From: Tubulanus polymorphus
Taxonomy: Eukaryota; Animalia; Nemertea
Direction: 5' to 3'
DNA length: 64,000 nt
Assembly: GCF_964204645.1 (NCBI RefSeq)
Contig: NC_134031.1
Span: forward strand, 10,790,088-10,854,087
How positions within the stretch are numbered: the stretch's first letter is position 1; every line of letters begins with the position of its first letter. Below the pieces are notes generated by a model. It was not told where the DNA came from. It made no database searches and worked only from the letters and a program-made list of their open reading frames with translations. Shown here in pieces: positions 50,577 through 62,700 of this stretch. A program made the translations under genes and the position numbers.

Positions 50577-51331
50577 TTACTCTCTACATCTTATAACTAA
50601 TTCATAAATTACAGGAAAGTTATTCAAATCAATTAAATATCCATTGTGATTTCTTATTTCTAATTTAAAATTATTAAATTTAGGAATGCAAGGTTTAAAA
50701 TCACATTCTGTTAAATTATAATTTATTTGAGTTCCAAATTGTTTAACATTTTTTAGTGGTAAAATATCTAGTATACTAGAACTACAAATTGTTTCTTTAG
50801 TTGCTTCGAAAGTTTTGTAGGCTCGATTAAATTGCAATAAATATAAAAGTGTGTAAAAGGTATTATATTTGAGCTGCCTTCTGCGTTTCCAGTAACTGTA
50901 AGCGGTTTAATACCTCACATTTTAGCCAGTGGTTTGTTTACCATAAATTTATGTTGTTCATTAGATATCTTTATTCTAATTTTATTAGTACTATCAATTT
51001 TATTAAATTTAATTTCAGATACAGAAGTGCCCCCGATTTTCAACCGAGCTCTTCTATTAATTTCCTGCGCTAATGATTCTAAATTATATAATCCTGGTTT
51101 TAAAAATATATGAAACCATTTATCTTTATTTCTCATATAAATCATAAACCCTCTATGTTCAAAAGTTTTATCCGATACATTGTAAAAAGAATTACATAAA
51201 CTTATATTTACTAATTTTAAATCTACACAATTCTTAAATTCTCTATCTAATTGTACTAGTAAATTATGAGATTTATAATTTGTAAGTCTTCTAGAATCAA
51301 CAAATATTCTGTATTCTTTTAATTCTACCAT
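50577..51331 (-). pseudogene. Minor capsid (penton-like) of B
   Basis: ORFs 50915-51331 and 50577-50837; VDS..L.REF..LVNISLCNSFYNV..IDLNNFPVIYELVIR. Confidence 0.75.
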
Positions 51332-51345
51332 TTATTTTACATAGT

Positions 51346-51699
51346 TTATTCGAAATCTATTTCATGGTGGCCTTTTTTATGCTTACCTTTGTATACGAAA
51401 TAGAAATCACCAGAACATAATTCTTCTAAATCTTCACTTGATAATCTATGAAATCTATCTGGTAAATATGTTCTGAATTTATATGTATTTCCTTTTAATC
51501 CTTCATATTCTAAGTGTATAACTAATTTATCTCCATATTTGTTAGTAACTGTATCAATATTTGTAATTAGATATTTCTTATGGATTGTTAATTCTGGTAA
51601 CTTTTTGAATTTATAATCTACAGATTTTACATTTGTGATATCTTTTATTCTATCTAGAAATAATTTGTTGTTCTCACTGTTTGCTTGTTTACTCTCCAT
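51346..51699 (-). CDS. Putative OB-fold ssDNA-binding protein
   Basis: KKLPEL..KY.IT....NKYGDKLVIHL..TYLPDRF pattern; adjacent to pPolB. Confidence 0.55.
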   Translation of the reverse strand: MESKQANSENNKLFLDRIKDITNVKSVDYKFKKLPELTIHKKYLITNIDTVTNKYGDKLVIHLEYEGLKGNTYKFRTYLPDRFHRLSSEDLEELCSGDFYFVYKGKHKKGHHEIDFE

Positions 51700-51728
51700 T
51701 TATAATACATGTTTTTATTAAAATTTGA

Positions 51729-54700
51729 TTAACACGTTAGAATTCTTTTCATTATTTCCTTCTCTTTTGTTTCTTCTCTTTTAAATTTTAAGTATTCATC
51801 TAAATTGCAACCATATGCAACTGTATGAATTCCATCATCTAAAATATATCTTTTATCATCAAATGGGTTTAGACTTATCTTTTCAATTTCTTCAATAAAC
51901 ATTTCATGATCTTCAGATCTTAAACATCTCATCTTATGTTTTCTAACTTCTTCATTGAATATACAATTGATGTAATCTTTGAAATGAATATTCTTTTCTA
52001 CTACACTTTTGGTTATTCCTTTTAACTTTTTAGCTTCATGTTCTTTAGTTTTATATGAATACATTTTAGATCTAATACCGATGAATTCAATCATTTCTTC
52101 ACCGCCTAATTCATCCTTAAACTTCCCTGGAACTTTTTTATTATCATTGCTAAACAATTCATGATCTTTAGGATAGTTACTAAAATCAAAATGATGTTTT
52201 AATGTTTTTAAATCATCAGTTATGTTATCAGTTTTTATCTTTAATATGTAAGAATCGGTATCAAAATATAATATTTCTATATGTTTTTCTCCAAAAAGTG
52301 GTTGTAATACGTTATAATAGAATTCATACATCAATAGCTTTGATATTTCTAAAACTGAAGCGCCAACATAGATTGGTTTATTAAATTTCATTGATGTTCT
52401 TCTCATCTTAACTGCAGCTAAATTTTCATCAAATATTCTGTTACCAATGAACTAAGGATATGATTGTAAATGTCTAATTCTTTTTCCATTACTAACTAAC
52501 TCAATATCATTTCTATTTCTAATATTTTCACAAGTCTTACCATAGAATGCATTATTCATTAACTTGAAGAAATCTTTCTCGAAATCAGTTTTAGCTTCAG
52601 TTCTCTGTTTGGTGTTAAAATCTATATATTTTTCTAACCACTTAGATTGACTAAATGAAATATATCTATGTACTTTTTTTAGAATCATTCCTTGATTCAA
52701 ATAAAACTTCAACATTCTATAATGTACTACATAATTATATTTATCTTCTTGAGTTACCATTAACTTTTCTGCATGAATAAGATTTTCGGGTTTAATTCTT
52801 TTTTGGTAATTTGATAATTCTTCATGAGTTACAGTTTTATGTTCGGGACAGTAAGCTAGATTTCTAGATTTAAATTTAATATGTTCAGGATATTCTAAAT
52901 CTACAACGAAGAAGTAACCAGTATCTGAATCATCTGCAATATCTAGAATTCTTTTCTTCCAATCAAATTTATCATTATTTTCATTCTGTAAAACTTCAGT
53001 TATTTGAAATACTCCATAAGGTTGTGGTTCCATCATTGCCCAACCATACAAATTATTTGCATCTATATATAATAACTTATATCCAGGGTTATCATTTACA
53101 TTGAAATATCTATCACCTAATACACCCGAAACTCCTCCTCTTATAGATTTTTCAAATAATAGTAATTGATCTATATTTGTTAACAAATCCATTTTTATAT
53201 CTGTAAGTTTTAATCCACAATCCCATGTTAAACCTGGTGATGAATAACAATGACAAGGATCAATGTTAAAATATTTTAGGTTTACATCTCTAAACCTTTC
53301 GAATAGATCAGTTAATAATAATACATCTGATTTTAGATATAAATCTACTAATTGCCCATGATTTTCTATTTTGAAATGATTCCAAATATTCAATGTTCTA
53401 TTATATACTTCATCTTTAACATATTCATTTTTTAATTCATCATAGAATTGTTCTTTTAATAATTCAGTTATATTGAAATCATTATGTGATTTATAAAATG
53501 AATATGGAATTGCTCCTTAACATCTCATTAATTGAAAATCATCATTATTTGGGTAATATTCTTTTAATATTTTTAATTCAGCATCAACTAATGATTTTGA
53601 TAAGTTATCTAATGAACTATTTAAAAATCTATATGAATCTATAAATCTTAAACACCCAAATTGGACTTATATATAATTCTCAGATGTTTTAGCTAACATT
53701 CTAAATTTATAAGTTGGTATTTTATCTTTTGATCTATTTGAATTTAATCTTTCTATTTCATTATTAATTTCTTCTATTTTATGGCATAACTGTTTGATGA
53801 ATAAATGTGCATCATATCCTGATAGATTATGAAATATAACTGGAACAAAGTTAATTTTCTTAGCTTGTAAGTTAAAATTCTCATGTGCGGCACCTCTAAA
53901 CTTTCCATTCAAATGATCATGGTCTCTTACTTTTTTATCTTTATAATTAAATATCTTTTCACAATAATAACATTTATCTGCAAACGCAAATTCTTCTTTA
54001 TCTTCTTCTGTCATTATAATTTCTATATTTGTATTCAATAATTTACTAAATCTTATTTCATATTCAATTAATAAGTCACAAAAATGATTGATAACATTTT
54101 CATTTCTATAATCATAATATTCACTTTCAATTAGTTCTGGATAATCAGATTTAATATATAACCCGAAAGCTGCAGCTGATTGATGAATCTTTTTAATAGT
54201 ATTTGTTTTTGGTGGTTCTTCAGAATAATCATTTTCATTAGAATTTAATTTCTTTCTCTTATAATATATTTCTTTTCTATCTTGATCGGTTAATTCTTTA
54301 TTTAATGATTCAAAATCTCCATATATAACAAATGGTACTTTATTTCTGTAATCATATTTTTTGAATTCTAATATTTTATCTTTTTCATTTGGTAAAACTA
54401 ATTTACAATAATCATGATTTTCACATAATTGTTTATGATTTAATAATGCACTTTCAGTTCTGAATTTATGTAAACATTTTCTACATAGATATATTTTATT
54501 ATCAAAATCATTTTCTGATTTAAAAAATAAATCGATTCTTTTAATCCACATATAATGATTCTCATAATATATTATATCTATAACATCGTTTGAATCATAA
54601 TCTTTTGATAGATATAAAGGTTCTAATGTATAATGTTTTATATTGTTACCTTTTGTATTCGGTAATTTGATTAAATCAAATACATTTATCTTTATATTAT

Positions 54701-55753
54701 TATCTCTTTCTATCTTTTAATTCTAACAGGATACTTATCTATCTTATAATTATTTTCAAATGGTTTATAATGAGTTAATCTACAAATATTATAAGTTGCA
54801 GGATGTAAACAACTTATCATAGTCCATAGAAAACATTTATCATCTTCATTTTGTACATTTATAACAGCATTAGTTTTAAATGGTAGTTTAATATAACTCG
54901 ATGCTTCAATATCTGGTTCTTTATAATATGATACATTATTTTCATCAATCGGTTTTGATTTAGTTAACTTATTATATTTTGTGTTATAAACATGTAAAGT
55001 CATAAATATTATTTCATCAAATATTAAACCAGATCCTTCAAAATATTTCTCTTCTATTTTAGTTTTTACTTCATTATAACATTTATCTAATTTATCATCT
55101 ATATGTTGTTTAGATATAATATGTTGTGAATGAGAATTTATATTATATATTGGTTTATCTTCAGATTTTATAAACTTTACTTTAAATTATATACTAATTT
55201 TAGGATATTCAACATCAGTTATTATTTTTATTATTTCTTTCATATTTTCTAAATGTTTTTTATTTTCTTCTAATGTTTTTCCTTTATGAAATTTAAACTC
55301 GATAGCTGCTGGGCCAATATCACTTTTAAATGCTTCGGTTATCTCTATATCTTTTTTATTATCTAATGAATTAATATAATTTCTTACATCTTCCATGTAT
55401 GGTCTTTTATTGTTTAATTTATTTTTTATGCTTTTAATTGTCTTCTGTTTCTTATCATTATCTTTATCAAAATAATCTTCACCTAAAATATCATTATTCT
55501 TATTTCTAATATGGCTTTTTGATTTTAAATGTTCATTATAATATCTTTTATCACTGAATGATTGATTACATGTATCACATTTGTATGTTTCTTTTTCAAT
55601 CTTTAATTCATCTAATTTAGTTTCTAATATATCATCTTTATCTTCTAGTTACAATTTATTCTCTAAATGTGTTTTAGTTTTATTGTGTCTTGCTTTTTGG
55701 GATTTATCTATATTGATATTACATGTTGGACACTAGTACTTATTTGCTTCCAT
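51729..55753 (-). pseudogene. Protein-primed family B DNA polymerase with N-terminal Zn fingers and endonuclease VII-like insert, frameshifted
   Basis: YGDFES, FHNLSGYD, LYIDANNLYG, KLMNNAFYGK, YFDTDS; CYYC..VRDHDHLNGKFRGAAH. Confidence 0.95.
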
Positions 55754-55986
55754 TTTAATACTAAATTTTTTATTAAAATTGATTTTAGAAGTTCAATGAT
55801 TTATATCATGTATTATTTCAATCACACTTTACTAACACTTTTAATGTTTAAAAATCTAACTCATACAAATATAAATATTGAAATAATGTTTAAAATATAT
55901 CTATATATCTATTCTATAAGAGCTTACACTTTTATATTGAATAATCTGTCAATTTAAATGTTATTCATGTATATGATTATTTTAAG

Positions 55987-56179
55987 AGTAATAGGGGTTT
56001 AGTTGTTCTAGGTTAAAGGTTGAATGGTCGAGAAATTTTCCAAATGTGAAATAATTATAATTTCTACTTGAATTAGGAATGTGCGCGACTAATTCAAGTA
56101 GAAATTATCGTTATTTTCACATTTGGAAAATTTCTCGACCGTTCGACCTTTGATCTAGAACAACTAAACCCTTATTACT
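55987..56179. repeat. Right terminal hairpin of B (193 bp)
   Basis: Reverse complement of 39579-39771 and self-complementary. Confidence 0.95.
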
Positions 56180-58869
56180 GATGACTTTGAAATCTCATGG
56201 AATTACGAGCATTCTGGTATAATGGAGAAGAATTTAGAAATTAAACGAGACTTACCTGTAAGTTGAAGTTTGATTGTAATTCTTCGGAATTATACCAGAT
56301 GCGAGTGATTACATGCCCGCCCTTTTCTAATGCCCACCCATCTCGCATCTGGGTTTGTGTTAGAATATTATTTTTTCTTCTGTGTTTCATACAGATTAAT
56401 TTAAGAATTCTCGCATCTTTTTCGTTTTTATTGCGAAACGAATTTCATGCTTTTCTTTTACATCTATCTTGCCTCTTTAAGACTTTGAATAGTGACGTAA
56501 CGGAAGTAGCCTCAATCTCATGTAATCACTCGCATCTGGTATAATTCCGAAGAATTACAATCAAACTTCAACTTACAGGTAAGTCTCGTTTAATTTCTCA
56601 ATTAAATCGCTTGAAATCCGGATTTTTAATGCATACAGGCAGCATAATGAGGAAAACCCATTCACAAACCGTGCAAGGCAACTTAAACACTATGAGTATG
56701 CTCAATATTCCCTGCAAGACACAAAATATCTTATTTGAACGTTCATGTATAAAAGTAACATGGAGCAACTTTTATTTTGTCAACACGTTGATGGGCGACG
56801 GACTATGTCACTATGGTATTCTCTGAAGGAGGTAAATTAAATTTGACAGCTAGTTATATAAATGATGCAGCTTTTGGACAAAAGGGATCTAACTAAATTT
56901 CTTTTTAATTCACTGTGGAATGGAATGGAATGGAATGGATTGACGCCAATGGCATGCAGTAGGCCCCTACGTATGGGTCATACTAATTAGCGTCAACCAA
57001 TTAATCTAAATCGGGCAAACCATTCAACAACTGTGAATAATTAATTTGCTGTGGCGTGATAATAATTAGTTTTTTTGAAGAAATGACATACCAACTGTTA
57101 GAAAAATGTACCGATTCTTATTTTTAGACTACTACTGAATCTATAAAAGGAGGAGTCATAGACAAAGTTGATTTGCTTAGCTGGAGACACTTCTTGTCTA
57201 GTACATCATCTCAAGTACTGGGTGTTTTGTAAGTTTCAGTATTTATTTACTAAGTGCTGTTTTCTTGGACCTCAGGGCTTTCAAACTAGGCCCACCCCAT
57301 AGGCTATATAGTCCAGGGTGTATTAGCCACTATTCTTTTATATCCTACTAAAATGCACCTTTTTCTATTTTTAGATTCAGGCTTAGAATGTGCAAATTTT
57401 TTGAGATACTGAGAAATCAGATGGCACCAGTAAACTTCAACTGCGAAATTTGCAGCAGGATAGCTGAACGACACAATTTTTAAAAATAAAATGGCTATTC
57501 GAATGCTATTTCAATAATAACTTGATTCAACCAGAGAGAAATAAGTAAATTGCGGATGTACAGTACACCCACTTTTCTTCCCTGTTTCCTGGTACCAAAT
57601 TTTTAGTCTTAAGCTAAGCGATATTCTAAGGTATGCTAGTGGATTTCATTAGAATATGAAGCAATGGAACCAGAATTCTAGCCAGAGTTAAGCGAACTAT
57701 TGATTCTGATATAATGTAAGAACTGATTTCCTTTGTGTACTCTTGCAGAATATGTTACGTATTATTTCAAGCTGTTAAATAATATAGTTAGACAAACGTC
57801 CAATTATTGGATCTTTCTTGTTGACTCGTTTAATTTTGTGAGTTAAGAGTTCAAGTCAATCCACAATGTGCAGTGCCTAGCCTTCATCTACACTAAAGCC
57901 AAGCCTGTGTATGGGAAAATATCATTCGACTCCTATAGGCCAGACAAATCAAAGCATGCAATACATTGCAGATAGTAGTCTCCGGCAAGTCGAAAGAGAA
58001 AGTAAACCAGGTTCCGGGAACAAAGACACTTAAAGACTCCTTCCTCCTTGTAGAAATTGTAGAAATATGGCACCCAATCGTAGCAATGCTAAGTACAGTA
58101 TACTATGACGGTTGAACCTTTATTAACGAATTTCAATGACACCGAAAATAGAATCAAAATAATCATTAGTTCCGTGCTAGCACTTAATTTGGGTTATCAG
58201 GTTCAGCCTAACTGTACTTTCATTCAGCTACTACTTGTATGAGACTTGGCAATGATAAGTTGCAAGAAATCACCAAACATAAGAAAAAATATTGTGAATT
58301 AATATTACTGTAATTAAGAATGTATGCCAATGAAGTGATAACTTCATTGTTAGATCGTACCGGTATATGCACATAAAACTATGGCAAAAAAAAAACACAT
58401 CTAACAATCCACGCAATCCGCAATCGATCAAGTCGATCATGACAACGACCTTAAGGCATGTCTCTGTAACCGAAGGTAGAGCATAAAACACGGTTCAGGA
58501 CTCGTCAGCGGACACCGGCCCTGAAAACATTTCAAAACGTGTATTGTCGGTACCTAGCACGATTTCAGCGTTTTTCGGGAATTCCCTGAAATTTCGGCAT
58601 TTTTCGGAAATTCCCTGAAATTTCAGCGTTTTTATTTCAGCGTTTCAGCTTTTCAGTGTTTCAGCTTTTTCAGCGAAGTTCAGGAACCGCTGTAACAATA
58701 TCTGTAATTAGATATTTCTTATGGATTGTTAATTCTTTTTACTTCTTAAATTTATAATCTACTGATTTGACATTTGAAGTATCTTTTATTCTATCTAAAA
58801 ATAATTTGTTGTTCTCACTGTTTGCTTGTTTACTCTCCATTTATAATATATATTTTTATTAAAATTTGA

Positions 58870-59789
58870 TTAACACGTTAGAATCCTGTTCATTATTTCC
58901 TGCTCTATTGTTTCTTCTCTTTTAAATTTTAAGTATTCATCTAAATTGCAACCATAAGCAACTGTATGAATTCCATCATCTAAAATGTATCTTTTATCAT
59001 CAAATGGGTTTAGACTTATCTTTTCAATTTCTTCAATAAACATTTCATGATCTTCAGATCTTAAACATTTCATCTTATGTTTTCTAACTTCTTCATTGAA
59101 TATACAATTGATGTAATCTTTGAAATGAATATTCTTTTCTACTACACTTTTAGTAATTCCTTTCAATTTCTTTGATTCATGAGTTTTGGTTTTATAACTA
59201 TACATTTTAGATTTAATTCCTATGAACTCTATCATTTCTTTACCACCTAATTCATCCTTGAATTTACCGGGTCGCTTTTTATCATCATTGCTAAACAATT
59301 CATGATCTTTAGGATAATTACTGAAATCAAAATGATGTTTTAATGTTTTTAAATCATCAGTTATGTTATTAGTTTTTATCTTTAATATGTAAGAATCGGT
59401 ATCAAAATATAAGATTTCTATATGTTTTTCTCCAAAATGAGGTTGTAATACATTATAATAGAATTCATACATTAATAACTTTGATAATTCTAAAACTGAT
59501 GCTCCAACATAAATTGGTTTATTAAATTTCATAGATGTTCTTCTCATCTTAACTGCAGCTCAATTTTCATCAAATATTCTGTTACCTATAAATTTAGGAT
59601 ATGTTTGTAAATGTCTAATTCTTTTACCATTACTAACTAACTCAATATCATTTCTATTTCTAATATTTTCACAAGTCTTACCATAGAATGCATTATTCAT
59701 TAACTTGAAGAAATCCTTCTCGAAATCAGTTTTAGCTTCAGTTCTCTGTTTGGTGTTAAAATCTATATATTTTTCTAACCACTTAGATT
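58870..59789 (-). pseudogene. 3' part of Polinton A pPolB, cut by Polinton C
   Basis: KLMNNAFYGK, YFDTDS; collinear with B 51729-52648. Confidence 0.92.
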
Positions 59790-62700
59790 AGTAATAGGGG
59801 TAATAGGCTTTCAGATCAAAGGTCGAAAGGTCGAGCTCATAAAAAATGAAAAAATATGAAAATAACAATAATTTCTATTTGAATTAGGAGTGAAACTCAT
59901 AAAAAATGAAAAATAAATTCGAGCGTGCGAATATATTTTCATATTTTTCATTTTTTACTCCCTCGCCCTTTCAAACTTTAACCTGAAAGCCTATTACCCC
60001 TATTACTCTTAAAATATTCATATATATGGATAAAATATATATGAATAACATTTAAATTGACAGATTATTCAATATAAAAGTGTAAGCTCTTATAGAATAT
60101 ATAGATAGATACATTTTAAACATTATTTCAATATTCATATTTGTATGAGTTAGATTTTTAAACATTAAAAGTGTTAGTAAAGTGTGATTGAAATAATACA
60201 TGATATAAATAATTGAACTTCTAAAATCAATTTTAATAAAAAATGTAGTATTAAAATGGAAGCAAATAAGTACTACTGTTCAACATGTAATATCAATATA
60301 GATAAATCCCAAAAAGCAAGACACAATAAAACACATTTAGAGAATAAATTGAAACTAGAATATAAAGATGATATATTAGAAACTAAATTAGATGAATTAA
60401 AGAATGAAAAAGAAACATACAAATGTGATACATGTAATCAATCATTCAGTGATAAAAGATATTATAAAGAACATTTAAAATCTAAAAGTCATATTAGAAA
60501 TAAGAATAATGATATTTTAGGTGAAGATTATTTTGATAAAGATAATGATAAGAAACAGAAGACAATTAAAAGCATAAAAAATAAATTAAACAATAAAAGA
60601 CCATACATGGAAGATGTAAGAAAATATATTAATTTATTGGATAATAAAAAGGATATAGAGATAACCGAAGCATTTAAAAGTGATATTGGCCCAGCAGCTA
60701 TCGAGTTTAAATTTCATAAAGGAAAAACGTTAGAAGAAAATAAAAAACATTTAGAAAATATGAAAGAAATAATAAAAATAATAACTGATGTTGAATATCC
60801 TAAAATAAGTATTTCATCAAAAGTTAAATTCATAAAATCTGAAGATAAACCAATATATAATATAAATTATCATTCACAACATATTATATCTAAACAACAT
60901 ATAGATGATAAATTAGATAAATGTTATAATGAAGTAAAAACTAAAATAGAAGAGAAATATTTTGAAGGATCTGGTTTAATATTTGATGAAATAATATTTA
61001 TGACTTTACTTGTTTATAACACAAAATATAATAAGTTAACTAAATCTAAACCAATAGATGAAAATAATGTGTCATATTATAAAGAACCAGATATTGAAGC
61101 ATCGAGTTATATTAAACTACCATTTAAAACTAATGCTGTTATAAATGTACAAAATGAAGGTGATAAATGTTTTCTATGGGCTATAATTAAGTGCTTACAT
61201 CCTGCAACTGATAATATTTGTAGATTAACTCATTATAAACCATTTGAAAATAATTATAAGATAGATAAGTATCCTGTTATAATTAAAAACATCCCAAAAA
61301 TAGAAAGAGATAATAATATAAAGATAAATGTATTTGATTTAATCAAATTGCCAAATACAAAAGGTAACAATATAAAACATTATACATTAGAACCTTTATA
61401 CCTATCAAAAGATTATGATTCAAACGATGTTATAGATATATTATATTATATTATGAGAATCATTATATGTGGATTAAACAAATAGATTTATTCTTTAGAA
61501 CAGAAAGTGATCACCATAATAAAATATATCTATGTAGAAAATGTTTACATAAATTCAGTAATGAAAGTACATTATTAAATCATAAACAATTATGTGAAAA
61601 TCTTGATTATTGTAAATTAGTTTTACCAAATGAAAAGGATAAAATATTAGAATTCAAAAAATATGATTACAAAAATAAAGTACCATTTGTAATATATGGA
61701 GATTTTGAATCATTAAATAAAGAATTAACTGATCAAGATAGAAAAGAAATATATTATAAAAGAAAGAAATTAAATTGTAATGAAAATGATTTTTCAGATG
61801 AACCACCAAAAACAAATACAATTAAAAAGATTCATCAATCAGCTGCTGCTTTCGGGTTATGAGAATTGTAACTTACAAGCTAAGAAAATTAATTTTGTAC
61901 CAGTTATATTTCATAATCTATCAGGATATGATGCACATTTATTCATCAAACAGTTATGCCGTAAAATAGAAGAAATTAATAATGAAATAGTAAGATTAAA
62001 TTCAAATAGATCAAAAGATAAAATACCAACTTATAAATTTAGAATGATAGCTAAAACATCTGAGAATTATATATCATTCCAATTTGGTTGCCTAAGATTT
62101 ATAGATTCATATAGATTTTTAAATAGTTCATTAGATAACTTATCAAAATCATTAGTTGATGATGAATTAGAAATATCAAAGCAACACTACCCAAATAATG
62201 ATGATTTCCAATTAATGAGATATAAAGGCGCAATTCTATATTCTTTCTATTAAAATCATAATGATTTTAACATAACTGAATTATTGAAAGAACAATTCTA
62301 TGGTGAATTAAAAAATGAATATGTTAAAGATGAAGTATATAATAGAACATTGAATATTTGGAATCATTTCAAAATAGAAAATCATGGGCAATTAGTAGAT
62401 TTATATTTAAAATCAGATGTATTATTATTAACCGATATATTCGAAAGGTTTAGAGATGTAAACCTAAAATATTTCAATATTGATCCTTGTCATTGTTATT
62501 CAAGTCCAGGTTTAACATGGGATTGTGGATTAAAATTTACAGATATAAAAATGGATTTGTTAACAAATATAGATCAATTACTATTATTTGAAAAATCTAT
62601 AAGAGGAGGAGTTTCAGGTGTATTAGGGGATAGATATTTCAATGTAAATGATAACCCTGGATATAAGTTATTATATATAGGTGCAAATAATTTGTATGGT

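Larger units (their letters stand above)
39579..56179. mobile_element. Polinton/Maverick B, full length (16,601 bp)
   Basis: AGT...ACT termini; 6-bp TSD GATGAC (39573-39578 / 56180-56185); ~430-bp TIRs; integrase, ATPase, MCP, penton, pPolB. Confidence 0.97.
35118..56598 (+). mobile_element. DIRS1-like tyrosine-recombinase retrotransposon (~4.9 kb net of Polinton B)
   Basis: Left ITR from ~35118; right ITR ~56491-56598; internal complementary region 56191-56315 matching both ends; gag, RT, RNH-MT and YR ORFs. Confidence 0.93.
34838..58689. mobile_element. Non-autonomous Mutator(MULE)-like TIR element (~2.4 kb of own sequence)
   Basis: ~233-bp TIRs (34838-35070 / 58456-58689) with repeated GCTGAAA; 10-bp TSD CTGTAACAAT; no transposase seen. 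Confidence 0.85.
20358..59789. mobile_element. Polinton/Maverick A (interrupted; own sequence 20358-34837 and 58690-59789; right end beyond the window)
   Basis: AGTAATAG terminus; same gene order as Polinton B; continuity across the 10-bp TSD at 34828-34837/58690-58699. Confidence 0.93.

Noticed and set aside
51729-55753. Programmed frameshifting in Polinton genes
   Set aside because: Frameshift positions differ among A, B and C and often fall in homopolymers; decay or sequencing error is more likely
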